From an uncultured bacterium (GTDB lineage: Bacteria > Krumholzibacteriota > Krumholzibacteriia > Krumholzibacteriales > Krumholzibacteriaceae), in assembly GCA_965371515.1 (NCBI GenBank), contig CBDUYR010000002.1, forward strand, positions 32,001-96,000: a stretch of DNA of 64,000 nt, read 5' to 3'. Position numbers and translations under genes: made by a program. The notes beneath the pieces were generated by a model. That model was not told the DNA's origin. It worked only from the letters and a program-made list of their open reading frames with translations, and made no database searches. Below are positions 27,180 to 36,359 of this stretch, piece by piece (the stretch's first letter is position 1; each line of letters begins with the position of its first letter).

Positions 27180-28502
27180 ATGAAGGGGCGCAGCCTCATC
27201 ATCCTGATCGCCGTTCTCGTCATTGTGGCCGGGTATTTCTTCCTCGTCGAGGAGAAGCAGCACCGGGACACTGCAGATGCGAAGAGGACCTCTCGAATGC
27301 TCCTGCCGTACGGCCCTCTCGACATCGATGCCGTCTCCTTTATCAATCCATACGGCGAGACGATAATGTGGGAAAGGGACGGCGAGGGATGGATGATAAC
27401 ATTTCCCGTTACCGATATCGGCGAGAAGAGTACTATCGACATGTTCCTCGGCCAGATCGCTCCCGGGCGGAAGCTCGAGGAGTTTGCCGACGTGACCGAC
27501 CTCTCCTCTTACGGGCTCGCTCCGCCTTACGCCACCGTCATCATCGAGAGCGAAAAGTACGGAAGGACCGATACCGTTCATGTTGGCGGGAAGACTCCCA
27601 CAAGCTTCAGGTCATACGTGACTCTCGGATCGTCAGGGAATGTAGTGGTGACCCGCGAGCTCGCCCGCAACGTGATGCAGAAGAAGCTGTTTCACCTGAG
27701 GGACAAGAACTTCATCGCCCCGGCCGACAGGAACATCACATCGTTTTCAATCGTCTCGGGCGGAAACCTTCTCGCCTTTCAGCGGTCGGGAAACTCCTGG
27801 AAGGTAGCCGGCTCGACGCTGACAGTCGACCGCAACGTCCTTGAACCCTGGGTTACCGGGCTGGCCTCCGCCCTTGTATACGAATTCGCCTCCGAGAACC
27901 TGGCCGACACCCTTCTGTTCGGGATAGGCGATCCTCACAGGTCAACCGTCCTCAATACCGCAAGCGGTGAATCGATCAGGATATCGTTCGGCAGGCGCAG
28001 GGATTCCCTTGTTCCGGTCGTCAGGTCGGGGCGCAAAAATGTGATGATGATAAAGGCCGGATTCCTGGACGCGTTCCACTGGACGGACGACCGCCTCATC
28101 GTCATGAACCTCTCCCTCGTAAAACCGGGAGAGGTCGGCGCCCTCCAGTGGGAGACCCCCGATACCATCGCCTCGTGGAGTATGGAGGACGGCGTATGGA
28201 TGACGCGTGGGGACGACCCCACCCCCGTCGACCAGGAAGCCTTGAAGTATCTGCTGATGTATCTTCGATCGGCGACCTTCGAAAGTCTCGTGACAGACCG
28301 AGAACTCGTATCCGCGGCGAAACCGGACATCATGATCACCCTTGGAGACAGGTCAGGCGAGGTGTTCGACATCATATCGCTATACCGTTTCGAGGACGGG
28401 ACTGCCGGGGGCATTTCGCTTTCTGGCGGAAACGCCGGCCATATCAGCGAGGGAACGCTTGCGGAGATCCACCGGGCATATTCGGCGATTATCATCCGTT
28501 AG
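27180..28502 (+). CDS. DUF4340-domain membrane-anchored periplasmic protein
   Basis: Start ATG 27180 after GGAGG; N-terminal TM; repeated W..T.P / YGL..P / G..TP modules, LRDK; typical fourth gene after gldG-like. Confidence 0.72.
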   Translation: MKGRSLIILIAVLVIVAGYFFLVEEKQHRDTADAKRTSRMLLPYGPLDIDAVSFINPYGETIMWERDGEGWMITFPVTDIGEKSTIDMFLGQIAPGRKLEEFADVTDLSSYGLAPPYATVIIESEKYGRTDTVHVGGKTPTSFRSYVTLGSSGNVVVTRELARNVMQKKLFHLRDKNFIAPADRNITSFSIVSGGNLLAFQRSGNSWKVAGSTLTVDRNVLEPWVTGLASALVYEFASENLADTLLFGIGDPHRSTVLNTASGESIRISFGRRRDSLVPVVRSGRKNVMMIKAGFLDAFHWTDDRLIVMNLSLVKPGEVGALQWETPDTIASWSMEDGVWMTRGDDPTPVDQEALKYLLMYLRSATFESLVTDRELVSAAKPDIMITLGDRSGEVFDIISLYRFEDGTAGGISLSGGNAGHISEGTLAEIHRAYSAIIIR

Positions 28503-28553
28503 ACCGGGACAACTGCAGTATCACCTTTTGAGATATTCTGCTATATTTAATGC

Positions 28554-29684
28554 GTGATGAACGATTCTCAGGCAACGATATCGAGAAGGGATTTTCTTTC
28601 CTGCACGGCGGGAATGATAGCGGCTGGCGCCGCTCTTGGAGGTGCGGCATTCGCCGATGACGGCGGGCCGCATCCGGCTCGGTACTGGGAAAAGCTCGAG
28701 GACGGCCGCGTCCGCTGCACTCTCTGCCCCCATCGATGTACGATCTCCGACGGCAGGCGGGGCGCATGTAGAGTCAGAGAGAATCGCGGCGGGGTCCTCT
28801 ATTCCCTCTCGTGGGGAAGGCCGTGCGCCCTTCACATCGATCCGATCGAGAAGAAGCCGTTCTACCATTTCCTGCCCGGCTCCATCTCCCTCTCGATGTC
28901 GACGGTGGGATGCAACATGACATGCCGTTTCTGCCAGAACTGGCAGATCTCGCAATCATCTCCCGAGGACATCGATACCGAGAGTGTGAGTCCGGGATTC
29001 TTCGCGAAAAAAGCCACAAAATCGGGCGCTTCTTCCATAGCATTCACCTACGGGGAGCCGGTCGTCTTCATCGAGTACGCGATGGATATTGCGGCGGCCG
29101 CCAGGGAATCAGGCGTAAAGAGCGTGGTCGTCACCAACGGATATATCGAGCAGGAGCCACTAGCCGATCTCTGTTCATCGGTCGACGCGATCAAGGTCGA
29201 TCTCAAGGCCTTCGAGGACGGATACTACAGGAAGATATGCGGTGCCGGGCTCGACCCCGTTCTGCGCTCCCTCGTGGAGATCAGATCCCGTGGCGTATGG
29301 CTCGAGATCGTCTACCTTATGATTCCGACGCTCAACGACAACGCGGAGACGATCGGCAGGATGGCCGCCTGGATAGAGGCCGAACTCGGGCCTGACGTTC
29401 CGGTCCATTTCTCGAGGTTCCATCCCGCCTACCGCCTTCCGGACCTCCCTCCGACACCCGTCTCTTCGCTCGACGCGGCAAGGGCAAGATGTCTCGACGC
29501 CGGATTGAACTACGTCTATATCGGCAACGTAGCCGGTCACGAGGGCGGCTCGACATTCTGCCGTTCATGCTCGAATAAGATTATTGACAGGTCCGGGTAC
29601 ACAATACTTTCCATCGAGATGGACGGAGACAAATGCCGGTTCTGCGGGACCGCCCAGCCCGGAGTGTGGAGGAAAGATTCATGA
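28554..29684 (+). CDS. amrS: AmmeMemoRadiSam system radical SAM enzyme with N-terminal twin-arginine signal
   Basis: CTLCPHRC, DPIEKKPFYHF, CNMTCRFCQNW (CxxxCxxC), HFSRFHP, C-terminal CxxC...CxxC; N-terminus SRRDFL + hydrophobic + AFA. Confidence 0.92.
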   Translation: MMNDSQATISRRDFLSCTAGMIAAGAALGGAAFADDGGPHPARYWEKLEDGRVRCTLCPHRCTISDGRRGACRVRENRGGVLYSLSWGRPCALHIDPIEKKPFYHFLPGSISLSMSTVGCNMTCRFCQNWQISQSSPEDIDTESVSPGFFAKKATKSGASSIAFTYGEPVVFIEYAMDIAAAARESGVKSVVVTNGYIEQEPLADLCSSVDAIKVDLKAFEDGYYRKICGAGLDPVLRSLVEIRSRGVWLEIVYLMIPTLNDNAETIGRMAAWIEAELGPDVPVHFSRFHPAYRLPDLPPTPVSSLDAARARCLDAGLNYVYIGNVAGHEGGSTFCRSCSNKIIDRSGYTILSIEMDGDKCRFCGTAQPGVWRKDS

Positions 29685-31192
29685 GGATACGCGTGGCTAC
29701 CGGAGGGCTGATATTTATACTGATCCTTGCTGCGGCCGGTACTGATATTGCCGGCCTGAAAGGAAGCGATATGGTTAAATCGATCAGAAAACCGGCCGTT
29801 GCCGGACAGTTCTATTCTTCAGAACCGGAAGCGCTCCGCAGGGAGATAGAGAAATACATCGGCGAGGCCGATCCACCGGCCCTGGAGGACGACATATTCG
29901 CCCTCATATCTCCTCACGCCGGATACGTGTATTCGGGGCATGTAGCTGCATGGGGCTATTCGCTCCTCGATGAGGGGAGTTTCGAGACCGTCGTAATCAT
30001 CTCTCCCTGCCATGTCGATTACTTCCGTTTCGCCTCGATCTACGACGGCGACGCCTACGAGACTCCGCTCGGCCTTGTGGAGATCGATAAAGAGCTCTCT
30101 GAGGAGATCGCTTCGCGCAGCGACCTCGTGAGGATCGGCCCGGACGGACATGGTACGGGGTCCCGCGGAAGGGGCGAGCACTCGCTCGAGGTGCAGATCC
30201 CCTTCCTGCAGGTCGCCCTGGGGGATTTCAGGATCGTGCCGATAGTGATGGGTGACCAGTCCGCCGATGTAGTGCAAGGCCTGGGAGAAGCGCTCTCAGG
30301 GGCACTCGAGGGCCGCAACGTACTGATCGTCGCCAGTACCGATCTATCCCATTTCCATGACGACGCCTCGGCAAGGAAGCTCGACGGCGAGTTCATAGAG
30401 AAACTCGAGGCTTTCGACGCCGGAGGCCTCATGCACTCGATCGATGCGGGAAAGACCGAGGCGTGCGGCGGCGGACCATCGGCGGCGGCGATGATAGCCT
30501 CTGCCAGTCTCGGCGGCAGAGACTGCAAGGTACTGCAATACGCCAATTCCGGTGACGTCTCTGGTGACAGGGGAAGTGTCGTCGGTTACGTCTCCGCCGT
30601 CATCACGGGAATCCGCGGTAAAAGCGACGGTGACGACGTCGACAGGGAGACGAGGATATTCCTCCTGCGTTACGCCAGGTCGGTCATCCGCAAGAATCTC
30701 GGCATGGAGACAGAGGAGATCGAGAGACCTGACTCGCCCCTCCTCATGGAGAAGCGCGGAGGATTCGTCACTCTCAAGAAGAACGGCAGGCTCAGGGGCT
30801 GCATCGGATATATCGAGGCTGTCAAACCTCTTCTCGATACGGTCGGCGAGATGGCTTACTCGGCGGCATTCAGCGACCACAGGTTCGACCAGGTCAGGAA
30901 GGAAGAGGTCGACGACCTGGCGATCGAGATATCGGTACTCAGCCCGGTGCGCGAGACAACGGACCCTTCGGAAATCGAAGTCGGGAGGCATGGGATCATA
31001 ATATCGGCAGGAGGGCGGCGGGGGCTCCTCCTTCCCCAGGTGGCGGTCGAATACGGCTGGGACAGGGACACGTTTCTCGACCAGACGTGCGTCAAGGCCG
31101 GTCTCTCTCCCGGCGCCTGGAAGGATGCCGGTACCACTATAGAGATTTTCAGCGCCGAGATATTCTCCGAAAAGGAGATGGGATTACGTTGA
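29681..31192 (+). CDS. amrB: Fused AmmeMemoRadiSam protein B (Memo-like) + protein A (AMMECR1)
   Basis: RKPAVAGQFY, PHAGYVYSG, EHSLEVQIPFLQ, STDLSH, CGGGP; then FVTLKKNGRLRGCIG and GLLLPQV. Start at 29681 (ATGA overlap) or 29771. Confidence 0.92.
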   Translation: MRIRVATGGLIFILILAAAGTDIAGLKGSDMVKSIRKPAVAGQFYSSEPEALRREIEKYIGEADPPALEDDIFALISPHAGYVYSGHVAAWGYSLLDEGSFETVVIISPCHVDYFRFASIYDGDAYETPLGLVEIDKELSEEIASRSDLVRIGPDGHGTGSRGRGEHSLEVQIPFLQVALGDFRIVPIVMGDQSADVVQGLGEALSGALEGRNVLIVASTDLSHFHDDASARKLDGEFIEKLEAFDAGGLMHSIDAGKTEACGGGPSAAAMIASASLGGRDCKVLQYANSGDVSGDRGSVVGYVSAVITGIRGKSDGDDVDRETRIFLLRYARSVIRKNLGMETEEIERPDSPLLMEKRGGFVTLKKNGRLRGCIGYIEAVKPLLDTVGEMAYSAAFSDHRFDQVRKEEVDDLAIEISVLSPVRETTDPSEIEVGRHGIIISAGGRRGLLLPQVAVEYGWDRDTFLDQTCVKAGLSPGAWKDAGTTIEIFSAEIFSEKEMGLR

Positions 31193-31201
31193 GGTTGACG
31201 G

Positions 31202-33400
31202 TCAGGCGCGGCCCGTAGCGATCTTTCGTGTAAGTATCAGGGCCGCCGCGCAGTGTATCGAAGCGGCCGTCGCGGCCGTCCACGCAAGCCCAGAAAGAGG
31301 CAGCAGCAGGGTTCCGGCAATCAGCCCTCCGGCGCACGCACCGAACATGTCCCACGAATAGAACAGTGCGGGAGGCGCGGCCGCTTCCGCTGGCCATGCC
31401 GTCTCGACGACTGTCCTGTAATAGAATCCCGTCAGCAGTCCGCCCGCTGTCGACAGGGCCGTGAATCCTGCAGTCCCCATCAGATGCCCGCTCCCCGCAC
31501 CGGCCTGAAGCCGGAGCCAGACAGGGACAAGGAGTGCCGTCACTGCCATCAGGATATGGCAGACAGCCAGCCTGGAAACTCCCTTCCCCTTCCGTCGTCC
31601 GCCGGCATATGCCCCGAGAGCGGCTCCCGCCATGAACAGGGAGGTCAGCAGCACGAGCGTGTGGTAGAGTATCCCCGAGAACGACTGGTAGGCAAGCATC
31701 ACTGACAGCTGAACCGTCATGCTGCACAGCCCCGTCAGGAACACCGCTGTTTTAGCCGCGGCACCACCCCTCACCAGTATCCCTGTAAGTATGGCGGCGG
31801 CAAGGATCACCGACGGCAGCACCCAGGATGGAAGATCCAGAATGGTTTCGAGAAACCTCACTGTCGCCGTTCCCGACTTCCAGCCGCGCAGTACCAGTTC
31901 AAAAGGCACCAGGACAGGATGTATGTCTGTGTTCAACCGTCGCGGCGCATCGGCCAGCGCGGAAGAGAGGTACTCTCTTCTCTCCTCCGAGATCCTGTAG
32001 GGCAGTTCGTCGAGTGCGAGAAGGCGCCCTCCGAGACCTCTCTCCACGAGTCTTCCCGGGATATCTCCCGAGTCGACCGGGCTGTCTGACGCGATGAAGA
32101 AAACAGTCCCGCCCGGCACAATGTCGACATATTCGAATGCCGAACTGAGAGTCTCCTCGATTATTTTCAGCACAGCGGCATTCCTGGCGGAGAGGAAGTT
32201 CTCGGAGGATCCGTGCCGCACTGTCAGGATCCCCCCGGCAGAGAGGCTGTTCCGCGCAGACTCGAAGAATTCCGCGGTGAAATATCTGTTCCACCTGAGA
32301 TTGATGGGCTCGGGGACGTTGACAATGATTACATCGTACGGTCCCGAGCCGCGGATCAGGAAACGGCCGTCACCCTTCAGGCCCCTTGCGCCAGGTGGTT
32401 TTCTCTCATCTCCGACAGCCCTGCCTACAGCCCCGGACAGCTGCCCGTCGAGTTCGACCCAGTCGACCCTCTCGATGCCGGGATGGCTCAGCGCCTCTTT
32501 TAGCCCTCTCCCCGGCCCTCCGCCGATCATCAGGATATCAACAGGCGCGTCATGAGCCAGCAGCGGTATATGGACCCCTTCACCAGCTCTCTCCATATCC
32601 GGATAACTGAGAAGCCTCGCTCCTCCGGAGAAGACCGATACGGTCTCCCTGTCCCTCGTCACGCACAGCTCCGCATACCTCGATGGAACGACCTCGACTA
32701 CCTCGTACCCCTTGAAAACGATCGACAGACTCGCACTGTCGAGATAAGGCGCCGCCAGGATCCCCGCCACCGCAAACGAGAGTGCTATCGCCCATACCGC
32801 GCGCCTTCCCTTCATGGAAGTAGAGAGGAAGACAGCCGTCACCAGCGCCGACACGCAGAACGACGCCTCGAGCTGTGTGAGAAATGCGAAGAAGAGGATG
32901 GAGAGGAGTACACCACCTACGATCGAGCCGGCCGCTTCCATTATGTAGGCCGAAGAGATACCGGCGGAGATCCCCTCTCGGGGATCCTTCATCACCGCGC
33001 TCGCGGAGTTGTAGACCGCGCCGTACAGAAGCCCGAAAGGAGCGGTAGCAACGAGGATGAATCCCGCGGCGGGGAGGATATCGGGAATGGAACCCGGCGG
33101 ATCGACGAGCACGCTCCTGCCCAGCCGTATCATCAGAACGATGAGGGGAACGGAAAAAGCGAGTGAGAGCGAGAGTCCGCCGAACGCTTTTTCGATGCTC
33201 GCGGAACCTGGCCGTAGGATCCGTCCACCGAGAAGGCCGCCGGCCCCGATCCAGAAGAGCCACGAGGAAAGCGCCAGTCCCAGTACCAGCTCAGTGCCCG
33301 TCACGACCCCGAGCAGCTCTCTTATAAAAAGTGTCTGCGCGCAGACGGCGCATGCCCCTAGTACAATGACTCTTGCTCGTCTGTGATTCCTGTCTCTCAT
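31202..33400 (-). CDS. Membrane-fused spermidine-synthase-like (class I SAM-binding) protein
   Basis: About 7 N-terminal TMs, central domain HIPLLAH..ILMIGGG..VELD..DGR..YDVIIVN..FTAEFF, about 6 C-terminal TMs. Confidence 0.85.
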   Translation of the reverse strand: MRDRNHRRARVIVLGACAVCAQTLFIRELLGVVTGTELVLGLALSSWLFWIGAGGLLGGRILRPGSASIEKAFGGLSLSLAFSVPLIVLMIRLGRSVLVDPPGSIPDILPAAGFILVATAPFGLLYGAVYNSASAVMKDPREGISAGISSAYIMEAAGSIVGGVLLSILFFAFLTQLEASFCVSALVTAVFLSTSMKGRRAVWAIALSFAVAGILAAPYLDSASLSIVFKGYEVVEVVPSRYAELCVTRDRETVSVFSGGARLLSYPDMERAGEGVHIPLLAHDAPVDILMIGGGPGRGLKEALSHPGIERVDWVELDGQLSGAVGRAVGDERKPPGARGLKGDGRFLIRGSGPYDVIIVNVPEPINLRWNRYFTAEFFESARNSLSAGGILTVRHGSSENFLSARNAAVLKIIEETLSSAFEYVDIVPGGTVFFIASDSPVDSGDIPGRLVERGLGGRLLALDELPYRISEERREYLSSALADAPRRLNTDIHPVLVPFELVLRGWKSGTATVRFLETILDLPSWVLPSVILAAAILTGILVRGGAAAKTAVFLTGLCSMTVQLSVMLAYQSFSGILYHTLVLLTSLFMAGAALGAYAGGRRKGKGVSRLAVCHILMAVTALLVPVWLRLQAGAGSGHLMGTAGFTALSTAGGLLTGFYYRTVVETAWPAEAAAPPALFYSWDMFGACAGGLIAGTLLLPLSGLAWTAATAASIHCAAALILTRKIATGRA

Positions 33401-33783
33401 GTCAGGGAGCGCTGATCGTCGAAATAATCTTCCTCGAACACCTTCTTGAAATCGAAGACATCGTCAAATTCCTCTATTGAATCCTCTTCGCTGCTTTCCA
33501 GCAGATTTGCGGCTATCAGGCCAAAGACGATGTTTCCTATGTCCCTCGTCGTATAGATTCCCCAGTGGTTGAGCACTTCTTTCGCCATCGGTCCGAACTG
33601 CCTCGAGGAGATCACCGTCAGCCCCTCGAGCAGCTCCTCGCCGGAAATATGCCTGTCGACGTGAAGCATCTTTATCGTGGCTTCGACTCCGGACAGCACA
33701 AAGCGCCAGGCGTACTTTTCGTATCTGCCGTCGGCGCTCGCAGCATCATCGACCTCCCGCCACCTGTCGGAATCGTGTCTCAA
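33397..33783 (-). CDS. Minf_1886 / TIGR04138-like small protein
   Basis: DGRYEKYAWRFV, RHISGEELLEG, FGPMAKEVLNHWGI.TT.DIGNIVF. Start placed at TTG 33783, overlapping the nadB stop. Confidence 0.75.
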   Translation of the reverse strand: MRHDSDRWREVDDAASADGRYEKYAWRFVLSGVEATIKMLHVDRHISGEELLEGLTVISSRQFGPMAKEVLNHWGIYTTRDIGNIVFGLIAANLLESSEEDSIEEFDDVFDFKKVFEEDYFDDQRSLT

Positions 33784-35402
33784 TCCCCCGCCCCTTCCCT
33801 GTGCCCGTATGTAGTTGCCGGCCCCCTGCCGGACCCCCTTCTCAGTATCGTCCCGTGTTCCCATGAAGGATCCCTGTCGGGCCAGTCCATATTGTAATGC
33901 AGGCCGCGCGATTCCTTTCTCCTGGAGGCCGATTCGACTACGAGCGAACTGACCAGCGCGATATTCCGCAACTCTACCATGTCGCTCGAGATGCCATACT
34001 CATCGAAGAGCATCCTGACGGTCTGGCTGATCTGGCCTATCCTCTGCCTGGCGATGTGGAGGCGTTCGTCCGACCTGACGATGCCGACGTAATCCCACAT
34101 TACCCTTCTGGCCAGGTCCCAGTCATGATCGAGTATCACGGTCTCCAGCACTTTCGGATCGGCAGCGACAGGAACATCCTCTCCGGAGAGTTCATATCGG
34201 TCTTTCTCCATCTCCCCGGCCAGTTTTGCAGCACAGCGCGCGGCGCTCACGAGCGACTCGAGCAGCGAATTGCTCGCGAGCCTGTTGGCTCCGTGGCAGC
34301 CTGAACAGGCGACCTCACCTATGGCATAGAGCCCTTCGAGTGCAGTCGTCCCGTCGATGCGGGCCTTCACCCCTCCAACCATGTAATGCGCGGCCGGGAC
34401 GACCGGGATAGGCTCGGCGCCTATATCTATGCCAAATTCAAGGCATGTCTCGCAGACGAACGGAAAGCGCTGCCTGAGCCAGTCACCCGGTCTGTGAGAG
34501 ATGTCCAGCAGGACGTACTTATCTCCGCTGCGTTTCATCTCGCTGTCGATAGCCCTGGCTACGATATCACGCGGGGCAAGCTCAGCGCGCTGATCGTAGT
34601 CTTTCATGAACTCCCTGCCGTCGAGGCTCCGCAGCACTGCTCCTTCTCCCCTCAATGCCTCGGAGATCAGCCGGGACTTGGCGTCGGGGTGATAGAGACA
34701 GGTGGGATGGAACTGCACGAACTCGAGGTTTTCGATCTCCGCACCTGCGGCGTAGGCCATCGCTATGCCGTCGCCCGTGGCGACGTCGGGATTCGAGGTG
34801 TAGAGGTATATCTTTCCCGCTCCGCCTGTAGCAAGAACGGTGTTCGACGCAAGATATGTACGGATCTCCCCGTCGCCCGGTATCGCGTGACATCCGCGCA
34901 CCCTGCCGCCCCTGTCTACGACGAGGTCGACGGCAAGCCTGTTCTCTTCGAGCTCTATCCGGGGATTCGACGCGCAGGCTTCAAGCAATGTATCCTCAAG
35001 TTCCCTGCCGATCAGATCGCTGAAGTGTACTATCCGCGGCCTCGTGTGGCCGCCTTCCCGTCCGAGCTGGAGGTCTCCGCTGCTGTCGTCTCTCGAGAAC
35101 CTCACTCCGAGATCGATCAGCTCCTCGATCCTGTCCGGCCCCTCGCGGACCATCATCTCGACAGCTTCACTGTCGCAGAGACCGCCGCCGGCCTCGATCG
35201 TGTCCTTTATGTGCAGCTCGAACGAATCCCTGACCCTGTCCATGACCGAAGCTATCCCGCCCTGTGCATACTTCGTATTGGACTGATCCGCCCCCTTCTT
35301 CGTCAGCACCCTCACGTCCGCGTAAGCGGAGGCCTTCAGGGCGAAGAACAGCCCCGCGGCGCCGCTTCCGATCACCAGTATGTCGCTTCTCACAGGTTCC
35401 AA
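33780..35402 (-). CDS. nadB: L-aspartate oxidase
   Basis: IGSGAAG, SNTKYAQGGIA, REGGHTRPRIVH, QFHPT, LAPRDIVARAI, HGANRLASNSLLE, ESRGLHY. Confidence 0.95.
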   Translation of the reverse strand: MEPVRSDILVIGSGAAGLFFALKASAYADVRVLTKKGADQSNTKYAQGGIASVMDRVRDSFELHIKDTIEAGGGLCDSEAVEMMVREGPDRIEELIDLGVRFSRDDSSGDLQLGREGGHTRPRIVHFSDLIGRELEDTLLEACASNPRIELEENRLAVDLVVDRGGRVRGCHAIPGDGEIRTYLASNTVLATGGAGKIYLYTSNPDVATGDGIAMAYAAGAEIENLEFVQFHPTCLYHPDAKSRLISEALRGEGAVLRSLDGREFMKDYDQRAELAPRDIVARAIDSEMKRSGDKYVLLDISHRPGDWLRQRFPFVCETCLEFGIDIGAEPIPVVPAAHYMVGGVKARIDGTTALEGLYAIGEVACSGCHGANRLASNSLLESLVSAARCAAKLAGEMEKDRYELSGEDVPVAADPKVLETVILDHDWDLARRVMWDYVGIVRSDERLHIARQRIGQISQTVRMLFDEYGISSDMVELRNIALVSSLVVESASRRKESRGLHYNMDWPDRDPSWEHGTILRRGSGRGPATTYGHREGAGD

Positions 35403-35568
35403 GGCTTCCCGCTTTCCTGATACTCGATAATAGAGAATAGGTGTTTCTCACCGCAACGTAAAGAAGTGCATTATGCATTTATACGGTCACCGCCCATGTA
35501 CCAGCCCACCACCTGTGCTATAACACAATGATAATCCTGCACATACATATACGTATGGCCGCAGGAAT

Positions 35569-35585
35569 CTGGCACAAACATTGCG
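35569..35585 (+). promoter_or_regulatory. Putative sigma54 promoter
   Basis: CTGGCACAAACATTGCG: TGGCAC-N5-TTGC, about 50 nt upstream of ATG 35638 (RBS AGGAGG). Confidence 0.68.
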
Positions 35586-35637
35586 TAGTGAGCGTTGAAA
35601 CACCATGTAATCAGTTAACACATCAGGAGGTTACCCG

Positions 35638-36261
35638 ATGTCAGTGAGGAAGATGAGTATTGTCGCAGCCGTTATGCTTATAGTAGGCGCCGCCGTAATG
35701 TTCGGTTGTGACAACAAGCCGGATAATTACACTACCCGGGCCATAATTTACGTCAGTTATTTGAACGACGGAGAGCCCTACATGTGCGATGTCCTTGAAC
35801 AGGGCGATTCTCTCTATTACGAGGATACCTTTACTCTGAAACTCGAGGACGATTTCATAACCGAGGACAAGGTAAAGGTGACGTTCCACAACAGGCCATA
35901 CAACGGTATTATCGAGCCCGCTCTGTCGCTGGGTGATTTCCTTGTCACGGGATATACCGTAGAGTTCGTCCCGACCGACGGGAGTCCCGTTCCTTTGAGC
36001 AGCTTCACGGGCAACATGAGCGTCCTCATCCCGGCCAACGAGATGATCGATGCGTATATCGTTCTCGTGCCCTTCGGCGCGAAAACGGTCGATCCCCTGC
36101 TTTCGATGCAGTACACGAACCAGGAGTTCTACACCAACGCGAGGATCACGTTCAGGGGCCACGAGGTCCAGACGACAAGGGAGATCAGCTTCGAGGCCGG
36201 ACTCCATGTCAACTTCGGCGATCCTCTCATAACGAAGATGAACAAGGATGATTTCAACTAG
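35638..36261 (+). CDS. Hypothetical lipoprotein
   Basis: RBS AGGAGG; signal peptide with lipobox MFG-C; beta-rich mature part; own terminator. Confidence 0.75.
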   Translation: MSVRKMSIVAAVMLIVGAAVMFGCDNKPDNYTTRAIIYVSYLNDGEPYMCDVLEQGDSLYYEDTFTLKLEDDFITEDKVKVTFHNRPYNGIIEPALSLGDFLVTGYTVEFVPTDGSPVPLSSFTGNMSVLIPANEMIDAYIVLVPFGAKTVDPLLSMQYTNQEFYTNARITFRGHEVQTTREISFEAGLHVNFGDPLITKMNKDDFN

Positions 36262-36299
36262 GCCGCTCGACTAACAGGGTAACCGGTGTTTTATAGAGA

Positions 36300-36334
36300 G
36301 GCGGCCGTTCTCCGGAAGGGGAGCGGCCGTTTTC
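36300..36334 (+). terminator. Terminator hairpin between convergent genes
   Basis: GCGGCCGTTCTCC-GGAA-GGGGAGCGGCCGT then TTT. Confidence 0.7.
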
Positions 36335-36359
36335 CATATCCTGCGGAGTACTCTTTGAA

